From Octopus vulgaris (taxonomy: Eukaryota), in contig OX597821.1 in assembly GCA_951406725.2 (NCBI GenBank), positions 32,736,001 to 32,800,000 on the forward strand: DNA of 64,000 nucleotides, read 5' to 3'. Of this stretch, positions 13,403-28,660 are shown piece after piece (positions within the stretch are counted from its first letter, which is position 1; the number at the start of each line of letters is the position of its first letter). The notes beneath the pieces are model-generated. The model made no database searches. It was not told where the DNA came from and saw only the letters and a list, made by a program, of their open reading frames with translations. The position numbers and the translations under genes were made by a program.

Positions 13403-15420
13403 TATATATGATATGCATATATATATGCATGTATGTACACATACATATGTCTCTATTTTTCTTTCTCTCTTCTTCATAACAAAATATTTTTCACGGTTAA
13501 TATGCACATCTAATGTTTAAATGCACAAATTAACAAGCATAAACAAACAGATACATACACACAAGTATCTCAATATATGCCACTAACACACACATCCGTA
13601 CACATGGGAAAACAAAAGCATACATATACAGTCACAAACGCAAACATATAGAAATGCAAACTCGCGCATTAACTACATATAGCCAGGCCACATCCATTCA
13701 GCTAATTCTTATGATTTCGTATATAAAAATTGCATTGTTGGAAAACAGACAATAAACAATAACAACGGCACCCAATGTAACGTAGCCGGTAACTACAATA
13801 ATACTAGTAAGAAATAACTTAAATAATACTAATATAAGCAACACAATTTTTGTAAAACCAGCATTAGCAACTGCTATAAACCTGTAAGAGGCGTTTCGAA
13901 ATTTTTGATTTGTTGCTTGGTCTAGTATGGCGTATAATCCACAAAAGATTTGCTCGAAAAACTAATGCAAATTCTATAAGTCTACAAACCTATAACTATA
14001 TATCTATATTACTTGGCAAATATATCTATACCTCTTTATACATGAACATGTGTGTGTATGCCCGAGTGTGTGTGTGCCCGTGTGTGTGTGTGTGAGTGTG
14101 TGTGCAAATCTACACAGATATATTTATATGTATAAGTATATTTGTATATAGAAAGATTTGTCTTTCGATATACACATATATATATATTGATATATATGAT
14201 TATCTATATAACTTTATATATATATATATATGTATATGTATATATATATACTTGTGTGTGCGTCTGTAGATATATACATACACACACACATACACACGCA
14301 ACCACACACGCACACACACACATATATATATACATATATATATATTAAGCGTGTAAAAAGCTATAAATTATCGTATTTAACTTTAGCTATATTTTATATA
14401 CATCTGCACATGCATATACATACGTGCATACTTGCACGGCTTGTGGCTGAGCTCACACATATACATGCACTTACGCACACAACAACATATGTATGTGTAT
14501 ATACATACGTATGTATGCATGTATATACATGCACTACAGGTGCATGAACGTGTAAGTAATAATGAAATAGTATCTATAGGTGACATAAAAACACAATTCT
14601 TGCTTGCTTTTCTTCTTAAACGGAAGTCTGTTGTTTCGTTAATACATTTTTCTTGCCTTATTCAATTGTTTTCTATGCATATGTAACCCAGTGAAAAATA
14701 CGAAGTCTAGCATAGAATATTTTTTTCTATATTCCACCGTTTACCTAATATTTTCTACCATTTAGTTTTTGTATGTCTTCATATCGATTTTTCAAACATT
14801 ATGGCTTTTCTTTTTGGTTTTTCTATTACATAATTTTTTTTCTCTTTGCTTGCCTTTTTTTATGGTCTAACGTGATCTCAGTCTATTTCTATTTCTTCAA
14901 ATTATTGTCACGTTTGCCGACATTTTATATTATTTATAATATCTCTCTTTCAGCTTACATAGTTATTACCGCGTCAAAATCAGCGTCTAAATATGACCGA
15001 AATATCTGCCAGAAAGGGAACAAACTTCCCTCAGATCATACGCACCGATTACACATTGATTAATACAGTCACCCAGGTAATTTTACTGAATGTTGGGAAG
15101 GTCGTGGCTGGAAAGTATTTCATCTTTATACTCTGTCAAATTTAATCTACGGCTAAAAATAAGCGTGTAATTTTCCAACCATTGAGGACAACCTGCATTC
15201 TCCTTGTAAACTTACATCGCCCTTAGCAACAGGTTTCACGAAAAGTTGAGAAAAGTGTTGTGTACGTATATATAAACTCAGGAACAGTTCTTTGCAGCAT
15301 TTTCATGTATTTAGGTATGTATATGTGTGTGTGTGCGTGCGGGCGTGTGCGTGTGTGTGTATCTATCTCACAACGTATACATATACATATATACATATAC
15401 ATACATACACACACACACAT

Positions 15421-15469
<49 letters not shown>

Positions 15470-15470
<1 letters not shown>

Positions 15471-15570
15471 CTAGGTAAATTCCACAAGGCAAATTTCACC
15501 ACAGGGAAATTTCACCACGGTATATTCCACCATATTAAATTCCACCCATGGACAGACTTCCAATATAAGC
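15470..15570 (+). repeat. Short tandem array of AAATT(T/C)CACCA-like units of about 15 bp (possible DNA-transposon subterminal repeats)
   Basis: GGTAAATTCCACAA, GGCAAATTTCACCACA, GGGAAATTTCACCAC, GGTATATTCCACCAT, AAATTCCACCCAT. Confidence 0.6.
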
Positions 15571-15659
15571 TGCTCCCGCTAATAATCACCGTGATCAGTT
15601 TCTTTATACTGTGGGTCAATACCTATGTTATTTAATATGTCTGTCTCTCAACTTGTAAG

Positions 15660-16745
15660 AAGAGAGAGAGAAAGTGTCTGAAGGTGAGATAGAAAATAAT
15701 CTTTATAATCTACTTGAATTGAGATGGAGTCGCTTTAATGTACTCCCATCGAGCAGGAATCTATGAAAAAGACTCATCACAAAATTGGATTTTCGAGCAC
15801 GGAGCTGACTAGCTGTCAAACCTTTGAACCATCGGTGAGAGGGGCACGTAATGAACAAGATATGTTCCCTCGGTTGACCTGTCAAGTAGCAACGCTGTTT
15901 AAGTGTCGGCCAGCCTCACCTGGCGACGCTATTTCACAGTCGGCATGTTATAGCTTTCGAGCCATTTCGAGTCCTCTTGTTTCAGCCATATATAGAAGCT
16001 GGCCTTTTCGACTGCCTCCTATATCCTCCTTATTAGTTATCTCAGCTCCGTGATCAAAAATCCAAACCTTCTTTTAAATAGCGTTGCCATTTTCCTTTCA
16101 ATGAAGCCTCTCGCCCCCACTGCCACCCCTGTTCCCTGCTCTCTTTTATCAGTCTCTCATACCTCCTCTCCTTCTGTAGCTCTGCATTAGCGATGTTCTC
16201 TTCCCCACGGCACTGTCATCTCTATCAAAATTCCAATTTTCCGTTCTGCATTCCAAAGGACTAAGGCTGGTCTTTTTGTTGTTATTATGAGTGGGAATAT
16301 TACATGTCTTTCCAAATCCGCGACCAGCTCCCAGTATCCTTTCCATCTTTCGTCTGTCTCGGATACTTTTCTGGACCTGGTCTTATGTCATTTTCTCGCC
16401 TTCTGGAAGTATATCCTTCCGCGCTTTTCCACTTTCTGGTATTCTGCCCTATTGTACTCCTCGAGCTTCTCCTTGAGTGCTGTGCTTATAACACCGATGA
16501 CTTAATTGTGGTGCCATGTATATCTGTCCAGTGTCGGCCTGCAGTTTGACAGGACATGTTCTATCGTCGCTTTCTCTCCGCATTTACATTCATCAGCCGT
16601 TTATATTTCTACCGGCAAAACGTCGAAGGTAGACTTGATCAGGAAGGATGTTCTTCATTTTTCCCAAGCCCAAAGTTCATCCCATGTGATTTTGCGATTT
16701 ACCACATATCCCTCCCATCTTAGGCACTCTCCCTCTTGACTACAC
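15660..16745 (-). mobile_element. RLE-type non-LTR retrotransposon 3' part, HERO-like, decayed
   Basis: Minus translation CKCGEKATIEHVLSNC...RYTWHHN*VI...TTKRPALVLWN...ILIEMTVPWG shows a CCHC knuckle, an RHN-like motif, and RPD-like and ELTVPW motifs. The 3' UTR extent is approximate. Confidence 0.75.
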
Positions 16746-16764
16746 TGCACCAAATATACATTTC

Positions 16765-17495
16765 GTCTTATTTTTTCCTCCTTGAGACCATTCCGTCCCG
16801 AGTCATTATAAATTGTATTATTTTAACCTTATTACCATTCATCTGTTTAATTTCTTTAGCAAGTCTTTTGTATTTTTGTCATTTCGACTTCGTTCAGTTT
16901 TTTGTCGATGTTACTCCAATTTCGATTATTGCTGTTTCTTTAAAAAAAAATATTGCAATATCGAGTTTGCTCTTTTCCATATGATTTAGTTTTATTACTG
17001 GGCAGTCTACTAAAATCTTAACCTTTTTACACTAGTTGTTACCTTTTCTATTTGCACCTTACTGATATTCTGGGTTTTTGATATCTTATACTGTTGTGGT
17101 ATGTTCGCAAAGATTATCTTGGTTATCTCATCGTCTGTCTCTTTATATTTCGTGTGTGCTCCTTTTCCACATTGTATTGCCATATGGTCAATATTTCCTT
17201 TGTTTTTGTTTTTACAATTTCTGCATTCCTTTTTTTATCCATAGTAGTTGTTTCTGTCTTGTAAATACTGTATAATATTTTTCGTCTATCCTTGAGTATT
17301 TGCTTTGTTTTATAAATTTCAATGAGTCTCTTTTAGATACTGCTTCCTCATCCAGGTGTTTAAAGTATTCACCAGTATTCACCTCGTATTACCTTAATTA
17401 TTTTTTCTCCCTCGTATTTTTTATATTCATTGACATTATTGAAAATTATTTTTATGCATTCTTTGTTTATTTCCATAATATCGTAACCCATATAA
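16765..17495 (-). mobile_element. Second RLE non-LTR relic, R4-like, next to (TAG)n/(GAG)n repeats
   Basis: Minus translation CRNCKNKNKGNIDHMAIQC...DEITKII...KLDIAI...IIEIGVT...KYKRLAKEIKQMNGNKVKIIQFIMTRDGMVS, with several frameshifts. Confidence 0.6.
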
Positions 17496-17518
17496 TAATA
17501 AAGAAGAAGAAGAAGGAG

Positions 17519-17560
<42 letters not shown>

Positions 17561-17593
17561 GAGGAGGAGGAGGAGGAGGAGGAGGATTTCACC

Positions 17594-17650
<57 letters not shown>

Positions 17651-17651
<1 letters not shown>

Positions 17652-17842
17652 AAGTTAATCCAAACATGAAAACACAACAACGCGTGGACGTGGAACAAGT
17701 ATAGTGTTATTGGACGCTCAGGAAAGGAAAGAAAGAAGGAGGGTTTAACGTTTCGAGCGGAGCTCTTCGTCAGAAACATAGAAAAAGGAAAGGTCCAAGG
17801 AAGGGAAGACGGAGAAAAAAATCGCCAACGATACACACGCGG

Positions 17843-17845
<3 letters not shown>
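17651..17845 (-). mobile_element. PLE terminal fragment carrying a hammerhead (second copy at 40931-41120), in (TA)n
   Basis: Both copies begin (TA)n-AGTTAATCCAAACATGAAAACACAA and share sequence to AAAAAATCGCCAA. Confidence 0.75.
17743..17777 (-). ncRNA. Minimal hammerhead motif (extra A after the core)
   Basis: Minus: GTTT - CTGACGA-A - GAGC(TCC)GCTC - GAAA - CG - TT - AAAC. Confidence 0.7.
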
Positions 17846-17909
<64 letters not shown>

Positions 17910-18533
17910 TAAAAGAATAGAACATATGCATATATATATAAACATATATGTACGTACCTACCTCTACATGTACATATACACGCATATATGTGTACAGGAC
18001 ACCAAAAAGACGTCGAACACATAGAGAGACGAAAAACATAGACACAAACCAAGGAACAGGACAAGAAAAAAGGAGTACAGGACAATTAGCACAACGAAAA
18101 AACCCCTTCTTCAGTCGCTAAGGTTTCATCTACTCTACGTTTCAAAGGATAAAAGCGAGACGTATCTTCGAAGAAACTTCCTTCCTGCGAAAAGCAAATC
18201 AATTAAAATTCTGAGATCTTTTCGCAGAGGGGTAAAATATGGTAAAAAAAGCAAAACGGTAACGACAGTACAAACATATAAACAGTAAAAAAATATATAT
18301 AAACAGTGGAAAAATAAATATATAACAGTAAGAGACAGGACAAGGAGAACAAGATAAGAAGGGCTGTTTACGCCAGACGAAAAAAGTATTGCAAACGCTG
18401 GATTATAGTGGACGACGAGAGAGCAGGAATGTCGACCAGTAGCCTTAGAAGGCGGGCGAGAAAAGACAGGATAGCGGTTACGACGGAAGTATCGTCGCAG
18501 ATGGACGACGGGAATGGGGGAGGAGGAGCAAGA

Positions 18534-18611
<78 letters not shown>

Positions 18612-19609
18612 GTATGTATTTACAGCAGATTTTCACAAAAGTATTATTATAATATATTGCGAGGGGAAGGAACCTTCCATCAACCTAGATTATCCTTGGG
18701 AATCCCAAACAAATAAACTTTCAGGGATGCTTGGATCTAAACACACCAATCAGGTGTGATGCCTCCTACAATACCCAATCCTCCAATTTTGAGGTTAATG
18801 ATTACAATACAGTGGACGGAAGCGCAGCTTGCTGACTGCTATTGAAAGCAACACGTATGCTTCCATCCTCATAGATTTCCTTAGAGATGCATATTCATTT
18901 TCGGTTATCTCGACTAAGAAATCCAATTTAAATATTGCGCAAAATGAGGCTATGAAATATTAAAAATATATATCTGCACTAAGTAAGGAAAGACTACCTC
19001 GTGATTCTATTTACATGAAGTATGTAATATACAATGGAGCCTCAAACATTATAGAATTGCTGGAATCAAAACAAACGGCAGACATAATAATATATTCATA
19101 TGTGTGTGTGTATGTATGTGTCTATACGTGTGTGTGTGTGTATACGTGTGTGTCTGTATCAGTAGGAATATGAGCCAATATGTGTTGACTATGTATCACA
19201 CAGAACAATTCAGTGAACACAAAAATAGTACTCGATATGTGTGACAGAGTTCTGTTCCATGAATTGTAAACCGAAAATCTCAAAACCCTTGAAATTATAT
19301 AAGTGTGTGTGGGTGTGATTGTGTATGTGTCCTTGTGTGTGTATATATATATGTATGTGTGTGTATGTGTGTATGCGTGTGCGTGTAAATAGATAGATAG
19401 CTTTTATCTTTTACTTATTTCAGAAACTGCACTTCAGCCATGCCGGGGCACCACGGTCCAGTGTTCTAGCTTTGCTTATGCGGCAGTTATTAACCCTGGC
19501 AGTATGTAGAAATGTGCTTTACACGCACCTATAATAGTTTCTAGCAATAACTGTGCCTTTAACACCCACAGTCACAATTAGTGACCGCTAAATTTTTCCG
19601 GTATGGTTT

Positions 19610-19933
19610 TGTATTACCGCTAGATGCTTTTCCCCACCCTCCATATTCACCAGATATTGCTCCTTCGGACTTCCACTTATTCAGGTCTCTGCAGAATAGT
19701 CTTAATGGTAAAAATTTCAATAACTTGGATGACGTGAAAAGATACCTCGATGAATTCTTTGCCATGAAACTAACTCAATTCTGGGAAGTGGGTATTTTCA
19801 AGTTAAAGGAAAGATGGAGACACATTGTGCAACAAAATGGTTCATTTTTGTTTGATTAAAAATGTAATGGCAAGTATTTATTGACCTTTTTCTTTCCTTT
19901 AAAAATCTGCACGGACTTTCCGGACAGCCCAAT
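19610..19933 (+). mobile_element. mariner transposase C-terminus and right TIR
   Basis: FPHPPYSPDIAPSDFHLFRSLQNSLNGKNF...GIFKLKERWRHIVQQNG contains the YSPDLAPxD motif. It ends GCACGGACTTTCCGGACAGCCCAA-TA. Confidence 0.9.
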
Positions 19934-20906
19934 AATTTTACATATTAAACATATTTCTGACAACAGGTACATACATATTAATTGCTAGTAGAGTTACTGT
20001 ATTTCGTTATGCAACAATAGTATAATATCAAAGTTTTAAGAAGGTGAGGCAACTATTCGTGATTTGATAGTAAAATTCAAAGTTTAAGTACGTGCGAAGT
20101 TCCTTGCTGTCTTCTGTGTCGTATTTACACTTCGGAACTGGTCATTTGTGAGGGTTAAATCGATATATGTGCTAATAACCACAAAGTTTCACTTCAGAAC
20201 TTAGGTTATGTTGCGAAATCTCTTGCAAACTTTATCTGTTGAATTTTTCTCTCGCATATATAATTAGTCTGTAAATTCTGTCAGTTGGCAGTTCCAAATC
20301 TGCTGGTACAGGAAATGGCTTGAAATATTGAACTGAGTCCAAAAGCAATCGTCAGACATATTCTTACGCTTTTGGATTTCAGAACAAAGTCTTCACACGG
20401 AATACCACTTTAAAATCGAAATTAAACGTCGTATTTAACGATCATCGAAAGCGTGTCCCCCTACAGATCAATATTATAATACTTGCAAAATACCAGACGT
20501 CAAGACTTGAAGCGTTTTCCATTATAGTGCAATGTGGGTCCTTTGTTTCAACGCAGATTCATAGAAAAGAAAAGCAAAAAAGGATAATTATATTTATTCG
20601 GGGTCGAATAAATATAATTATACTCTTTTACTCTACTCCAGTAGAATATTATTTAGTACTCCCTACTCTTATTTGTTAGAAATAACGTGCGCACGCACAT
20701 ACACACACACATTATAATTATAGACACACATATATACATGTATATATGTGTGCATATGTAGGTTTTTTAAAAGTTTTGGAAATATACTCCAATTTGATTT
20801 ATTTCCTATTACAAGGTTTACTAGGGTTAAAGGAGATGGTTTTAGACATCTCTTTCACAAATAATATTTCACAGATAGATAGGTAGATAGACAGAGAGGT
20901 AGATAT

Positions 20907-20939
<33 letters not shown>

Positions 20940-20941
20940 AT

Positions 20942-21030
<89 letters not shown>

Positions 21031-21732
21031 GTGTTAATGTGCGTATGTGTGTACGTGTGTGTGTGTGTTTGTATGGTTGTGTGTATGCGCATTAAAATAT
21101 ACAAATATTGGCTCCTAATCACAGACAGATGCAAACATAAATGACGCACAAACAAATTTACAGAGAGAGCGAGAGGTAGACAAGCATAGATAGAAAGAGT
21201 GAAGGTATAAAGTGTAAATCAGTGATTTAGGTAGATAGATAGACAGAGAAAATATAGGGAAGAAGAAAAAAAAGTCCCAAAGAAAAACAACAGAAATTAC
21301 ATCTATACAAACTATGTAGCAAGCAAACATATATAGGCTTCAAGTAATCTTTTGATCTTCGTTTAACTGCCATTGCTTTCGCCAGTTTGTGACAGACTGA
21401 AGACATAAATAAACAAAAAACATCTACATTTGCTAAAGGTCTTAAAAGTCAGACAAACATAATATTTCATAGTCAGAAATATGTTTATATTTTTGCTTTA
21501 TTTCTTTATTTTTTTTTTTTTTGTTGATTCGAAGAAACAAAGAAAAAAAATTGCAAACTTTCTCTCGTGCTCATTTACTAAACCATTGATATTATTACAT
21601 AAATAGATGCAAATAATATAACGTTTATACGCTTCCCTTTCCGTCATTATATATTTTATATTCGCTATTTTCACAGAATATGCTATGTATCTCCTTTATA
21701 CTAATACATACATACATGCATACATACATACA

Positions 21733-21772
<40 letters not shown>

Positions 21773-21928
21773 TACATACATACATACACACACATACATA
21801 CATACATACATACACGCACATACATACATACATACATACATACATACATACATACATACATACATACATACATGCATACATGCATACATACATACATACA
21901 TACATACATACATACATACATACATACA

Positions 21929-22146
21929 GGGCGGCTAGCTGGCAGAAACGTTATCACGCCGGGCGAAATGTGTAGCCGTATTTCGTCTGAGTTCAAATTC
22001 CGCCGAGGTCGACTTTGCCTTTCATCCTGTCGGGGTCGATTAAATAAGTACCAGTTATACACTGGTGTCGATGTAATCGACTTAATCCCTTTGTCTGTCC
22101 TTGTTTGTTCCCTCTGTGTTTAGCCCCTTGTGGGTAGTAAAGAAAT
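21929..22146 (+). mobile_element. Family A SINE inserted in (CATA)n
   Basis: Same sequence as 6283-6512, with (CATA)n on both flanks. Confidence 0.88.
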
Positions 22147-22230
22147 GCATACATACATACATACACATATATATTTTTTTATATATAGAAAATCTCTATA
22201 AAGATATTCATACAAATACACAGGCACACA

Positions 22231-23942
22231 CAGTAGAACTTCGCAGTACGTATGCACCATTATACGAGAAGCTTGCTGCACGAACCGAGGCTCGTGCGAA
22301 TTTTTGTCTTGAAGTACGAGTGGAAATCCGCAGTACGAGCGGGTTCCATACAAGCAGCCACTAGATGGCGCTGAACTGGCACACGCTCCCCCAACAAACG
22401 CAATCTCCGATCGCTCAGTTCACGTGTTTATGTCGATGTTGTTTGTTCCTTCTCGAGCCATGCCTGGCTCATAAGGGCCGGTTTCCCGGTTTCTTGGCGT
22501 ATAAGTTGCCTACCTGGACGGGACGCCGGTCCGTCGCAGGTGAGCTGCAAGATGCAGGAGGAAAGAGAAAGAGAAAGTTGTGGCGAAAGAGTCAGCAGAA
22601 GTTCGCCATTACCTTCTGCCGGAGCCGCGTAGAGCTTAGGTGTTTTCGCTCATAACCCCCACACACACATCACCCGGTCTGAGATTCGAACCCGCGACCC
22701 CTCGACCGCGAGTCCGCAGCTCTAACCACTAGGCCATGTGCCTCCACTATGTCGATGTGGCACCATCCGTGTGTTTTTCATAGTGTTTCTTTTTTAGTTT
22801 TGTGCGGATATTGCTATTATTTTGTAATAGTCAGTTGTGTTAAACATGGTCCCTAAGCAGGTTAATGCAAAGTGCAGTGATGAGAAGAAGGGAAAGCAGA
22901 ACTGAAGAAGGAAAGATAAACTGAAGATAAACATGGGAGAGGAGTACGTGTGGTGAATATAGCATGTCAATACGACCGAAGCACGTCGATGATCTGCACT
23001 ATTTATCGGGATCAAGGCCGTTACGACAGCAAAGGGTGTCTCCAGGCTCTCAAAACAATGCACACTTGTCCACGAAGAGATGGAAAAATTGCTTCTCCCG
23101 TGGGTCAACGAAAAGCAACTCGCAGGTGATATGATTACGGAGACCATCATCTGAGAGAAAGCACGAGCGCTGTATTGGGACCTCCTGAAGCAGAAACTTG
23201 GAACATCAACGAAGGAGACCTCAGCAGGCGCAATTAAGGACTGTCGCGGCTGGTTCGATAATTTCAAGAAGAGAATTGGTGTTCATAGCGTTGTCAGGTA
23301 CGGAGAAGCAGCGAGTTCTGATACGAAGGCAGCTGAGGACTTCGTGCGTGAATTCTGTCAGCTCATCGCAGCCGAGGTGTACATTGTACAACAGGTATTC
23401 AATTGTGATGGAACTGGCCTTTTTTAACAAAATGCCCAGAAAAACCTACATAACTGCAGAGAAGAAAATGGCAAGTCACAAGCCTATAAAAGATAGGCTA
23501 ACTTTCGCCCATTGCGCCAATGAGAGTGGAGACTTCAAGATTAAGCCGATCCTTGTCTACCATTCCGAAAACCCCCGAGCGTTCAAGTCACACAAAATTC
23601 TGAAGGAAAATCTGCAGGTCATGTGCAGGGCAAATGTTAAAGCCTGGACCGTCTAGCAATTCTTCACCGGATGGATCAACCTTATCTTCGGACTAGCGGT
23701 GAAAAGTACTTTCTGGAGAAAGATCTTCCTCTCAAGGCCCTCCTCATCCCTGACAGCGCTCCTGCTCACCACTTCGAAGATGATATCCAAGACGAATTTA
23801 AATTCATAAAAGTTCTATGATACAACATCACCACATGGACCAACAGGTGAGTTCTAATCTTAAGAAATTGTGCACCAAACACCTCCTTCATCGGTGCTTT
23901 GAAGTCACCGAAAACACAAATCTAACCCTTCGTGAATTTTTG
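22231..23942 (+). mobile_element. pogo/Tigger transposon relic (CENP-B HTH plus DDE_1), interrupted by a SINE
   Basis: Left end CAGTAGAACTTCGCAGTACG. Translation EMEKLLLPWVNEKQLAGD...GWFDNFKKR...GEAASSD...VFNCDGTGLF...HKPIKDRLT...ANESGDFKIKPILVYHSENPRAFK, with stops and frameshifts. Confidence 0.9.
22440..22747 (-). mobile_element. tRNA-derived SINE (family B) with an 11-bp TSD
   Basis: TSD TATGTCGATGT at 22429-22439 and 22748-22758. Minus strand has A box TGGCCTAGTGG, B box GGTTCGAATC and an (AAAC)n tail. Confidence 0.92.
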
Positions 23943-26329
23943 GTTTACTATTGGTCTCACCAACATATACTCTGTCGTGACTTCTCATAAATTACACCAG
24001 TTGCTTCGCCCCAGAAAGATAGCCCGCAATTATGCAATCTTTTCCTTTGATCTCATATAGAAAGCTCATTAACTAACACCCATTCTCACGCTACCCTAAC
24101 ATTTTTCTTTACACGAATATAATGCAATATTTAGAAATACTTTGTGTCCCATCCCCAATATGAGAAAAATTTCTAACATTGTCGACTAACCGCTTAAAGC
24201 TGTCACAGTCAAGATAAAAAAAAATTGAAAATACTAGTTAATTATGTTTTTTCACCTTTAACTCCCACTGCCTCTTAGTTACTACGAGTATAGCTTCGTC
24301 CTTGAGACTTTCGCTGAACGTAGAGACATTGTGTCTTTGACGTTAGCGAATCTTTGATTGAAATAAGTATTTGATGGCTAATATATCTAAGAACTTCATG
24401 TGTATCCTATCGCTTGCGTCGAAATTTTGCTGCTAGACTGCGATTTCAATCTATTCTATCGTGTTTTATACATTCCCATATTTTCTTAACGATGATGCAT
24501 TCCAGGATGCAATTAATATACTCTAGAGTGTACTTTTTTCTGAAAGTGGCTAATCTTATTGTAGTTACATTTAACAATCTACCTTCCATCCTTTGCCCCT
24601 CAGAATGATCTACAGGAAAGCTAGTCACATTACAGTAGACTTACCCTGCCTCTATGAAAAAAGATTCCAAAAATCAAGTCATTGGCAAATAGATTTTAAT
24701 GTGAGGTATAGTTTCTACTTAGATCTCATTCAGAGTTTTGAAACTAGCTATTTTACTCACTACGAGATCAGTGACTGTCTGTCACTTCTATATTTATATA
24801 CTGTGAGTAAGGTCGAGTAAGCTATTACCTCTAACCGACGGTTGGCCAGCACCGAAGACGGGAAATTATGCAGAAATCCTTGGTCTGTTGGTACTGCTAG
24901 TGGCCAAGAGGGAGCAGTACGCTCCCTTGCTCACTGTATATTTCAGACTCAGATTGTGCGTCGGTAACCAGCAGGAAATGATGTATTCCTGGAATTAAAA
25001 GATAGATAATTAATAGATAATTGCATGCAAGCTCTATTTAGGGAATCTCTCCTATTTTTATCATTGCAACTATATTTTCTATATCCTACACTAAAAATAT
25101 GGTTCGATATTTCTTCCCCTGACATGTTACTCTCTAGAATCTAACGTTTGTTATTCCTATGATTACCAACCAACAGAAGTTCAGACTGATATTACTAGAT
25201 ATCACTAATGTGAGAAGGTGTCAGTCACTCAGGATTATTTCTCAATCCTCGTATATCTAGCTCAAAGAAGAGAATACTAGAGCGCCAAGTTAGCTCTGTA
25301 AACAATTACTATTTTTTTTCATCTGATTTAACCGTCCTTCACCTTGTCACTAGGCTTGCAAAAATGTGTTCTATAGCTAAGACAATTCGGTCTATATTTT
25401 TTAAATGCATTTCGAGATGCTATGATCCCTCTCTAAGAGAGATTCGTCACCCATTTCTAACAGTTAGGCTGACCGCATACAGCTATCTCTTAGCAGTATT
25501 CATAGGAACGTGAAAAATGAACATTTTAATCTAAATAGATAAGGTTATGTGTCTATTCTATATTGTATAACAATTTGGCCAGTCGGTTATATGGAAATAT
25601 AGTATATATGAGCTGTCACTTTTTGAACGTGAATGGCGCTAACTATTGAAATGAGAAAGTGTGTGTCAGGAGCCGTCAATATAGAACTATGTGAATATAA
25701 AAATATACGTGCGTATATATGTATATAGTTATATCTTTACATAGAAAAGTGTATATATATATATAGATATATTTTTATTAATATATATATATATATACAA
25801 ATATAAATATATATATTCATATATATAAATATATATATGTATATGCATATATATATTATATATGTATATATATATATATATATGTGTGTGTGTATATATA
25901 TGTATGTATATCTATGTATATATATATATGTATATATGTATATATATGTAAATATATGTATATATATATATAGAGAGAGAGAGGGGGAGAGTGAGAAAGA
26001 GAAACAGAAGGAAACAGAGAGAGATAGAGAGAGACAAAAGGGACAGAGAGAGAGAGAGAGACATTCGTATGATACAGAAGAGATCAAAGGTGTTCAAAAG
26101 AAACAAGTTCAAGATAAGTACGTGCATATACATATATTTACAAGGAATCTTGTTTATGACAATAATATTTATATCACGTGTTTTTCGAGATTAGAGAAAA
26201 TAAAGAAAAATATTGCATACAGTGCAAAAATAATTTACTTTGATTTCTTTAAAAGTGTATACTTCATATCTTTGTTTGAACTTGCGCACACACAACGACG
26301 CCAGAAGTGTGAAAATGTATATATATATA

Positions 26330-26399
<70 letters not shown>

Positions 26400-26535
26400 T
26401 ATATTATATTATATTATATTATATATTATATATATATGTGTGGGGTATATATTTATTATATAAGTGTATATATATATTATATATATGTATATATATTATA
26501 TATATATATATGTATATATATACATTATATATATG

Positions 26536-26586
<51 letters not shown>

Positions 26587-26725
26587 CACATATACATATC
26601 ACATATATACACATATATGTGTGTGTGTGTGTGTGTGTGAACACATAGACGTATATTATTATATGACAATATATAAATAATATATGTATGTACACTGATG
26701 TGTACACGTATAAAATAGGAATATA

Positions 26726-27215
26726 GGCACAGGCGTGGTTGTATGGTAAGAAGTTTACTTCCTGACCATATGGTTCCGGATTCAGTCCCACTGTGTGGTA
26801 CCTCGGGCAATTGTCTTGTTTTTTTTAGCTCTGGACCGACCAGGGCTGTCTGTTGGTTTTGGCAGAGGGGAAACTGAAAGAATCCCAGCTTATGTATATT
26901 CATACATACATTCATATATGTGCGTGTGTGTGTGTGTGTGTGTGCATACACATATATGTATAAGTGTATGTATGTTTGTATGTATGCATGTATCTATTCG
27001 TGTGTGTCTTCGTGTTTGAGTTTGCTCCCCGCCGCCACTATTGCTTGACAACCGGTGTTAGTATGTTAGAGTCCCTGTAAGTTAGCGATTGACAAAAGAC
27101 CCCGCTAACAAAAGTACAAGGGTTTACAAATAAAGTACAGATTTGTCGACCAAAATCCTTTAAGGTGATGCCCCAGCATGACCACAATTCAATGACTGAA
27201 ACAAGTAAATGCTAA
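26726..27215 (+). mobile_element. tRNA-derived CORE-like SINE with an internal (GT)n tract
   Basis: GGCACAGGCGTGGTTGTATGGTAAG (A box), GGATTCAGTCCCA (B box), GGTACCTCGGGCAATTGTC, and a tail CCCCAGCATGACCACAATTCAATGACTGAAACAAGTAAA. Confidence 0.8.
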
Positions 27216-27222
27216 AACGTGC

Positions 27223-27270
<48 letters not shown>

Positions 27271-27273
<3 letters not shown>

Positions 27274-27435
27274 AGACTTTACGAAAAATACAAAAGACGA
27301 AGACAGGTGGTACAAACAGATGTATTAGTAAAACGCTCAGGAATAGAAAAAGCATTTTACGTTGAGAACCTACGCACTTCTACAGAAAGGGACACAGAAA
27401 AAACAAGGAGAGAAACAAGGAGAGAGGAAAGATGA
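27271..27435 (-). mobile_element. PLE terminal fragment with a decayed hammerhead, abutting (TA)n
   Basis: Minus: TTT-CTGTAGA-A-GTGCGTAGGTTC-TCAA-CG-TA-AAA. It shares TATT..ACGCTCAGGAA context with the 17651 family. Confidence 0.5.
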
Positions 27436-27563
27436 GTTCAGTAAAAAAAATTTAGATTCAGATGAATATGGCACTTAAGTTGAGGCGCCAGAGTTTAGCT
27501 TGATATTATCCTTACAATTTCAAAATAAGGTGATTAAAATCAAAATTAGCTACGCTTATTTTG

Positions 27564-27617
<54 letters not shown>

Positions 27618-27754
27618 TATATATATGCATACATACATATATACATATATATACATATATATATATATATATGTATATACATATATATATATATATACAC
27701 ATATATATATGTATATACATATACATATATATATATATATGTATATACATATAC

Positions 27755-27789
<35 letters not shown>

Positions 27790-27797
27790 CATATATG

Positions 27798-27853
<56 letters not shown>

Positions 27854-28353
27854 GTTTATATGACGTACTGAAATAAAGAAAATAATTGAGAATTAGTATA
27901 CATATTTACTATGAGACCTCATGTGAGTGCAAGTGTGCATGTTTTCGAGTGTATCTTTGTGTGTAACTATGTCCGTGTGCTTGTGTGCAATTGTATTAAG
28001 TTATGTACCATGCTTAATATAAGGGTAAATAAATTCATATATGTATAAGTTGATTATCATTTCTCTTCTATTCTCCTTGATGACTACTGCGGTAAACTTT
28101 TAACCCTTTGTATAACCTTGTTCCTGCTACACAACCTGAATATATTTAGATTATGAAGTTATTTGAAATCGTCCATATGTATATATATATATACAGATGT
28201 AAGCCTAGATATATACAACAATGTGTGAGTGCATATAAACTTCAGTATATAAGTATGTTTTTCCATATATGTGCGTGTGTGTGTTGTGTATGTGTGTGTA
28301 CGAATGTAGTTATGCACGTATGTATATGTGCATACCTATAAATATACAAGTAT

Positions 28354-28403
<50 letters not shown>

Positions 28404-28536
28404 GTATATGTGTAGATAGCTTGTAATAAAATTCATTTTTGTATGAATCTTTAAGTCGCTCCTAATATCTCGTTGTCTTTTTCAGTGTGCATATACCTAT
28501 GTTCATACATACTTATATACAACATATATACATATA

Positions 28537-28589
<53 letters not shown>

Positions 28590-28617
28590 GCATGTATGTT
28601 ATATGTGTGTGTCTACT

Positions 28618-28660
<43 letters not shown>
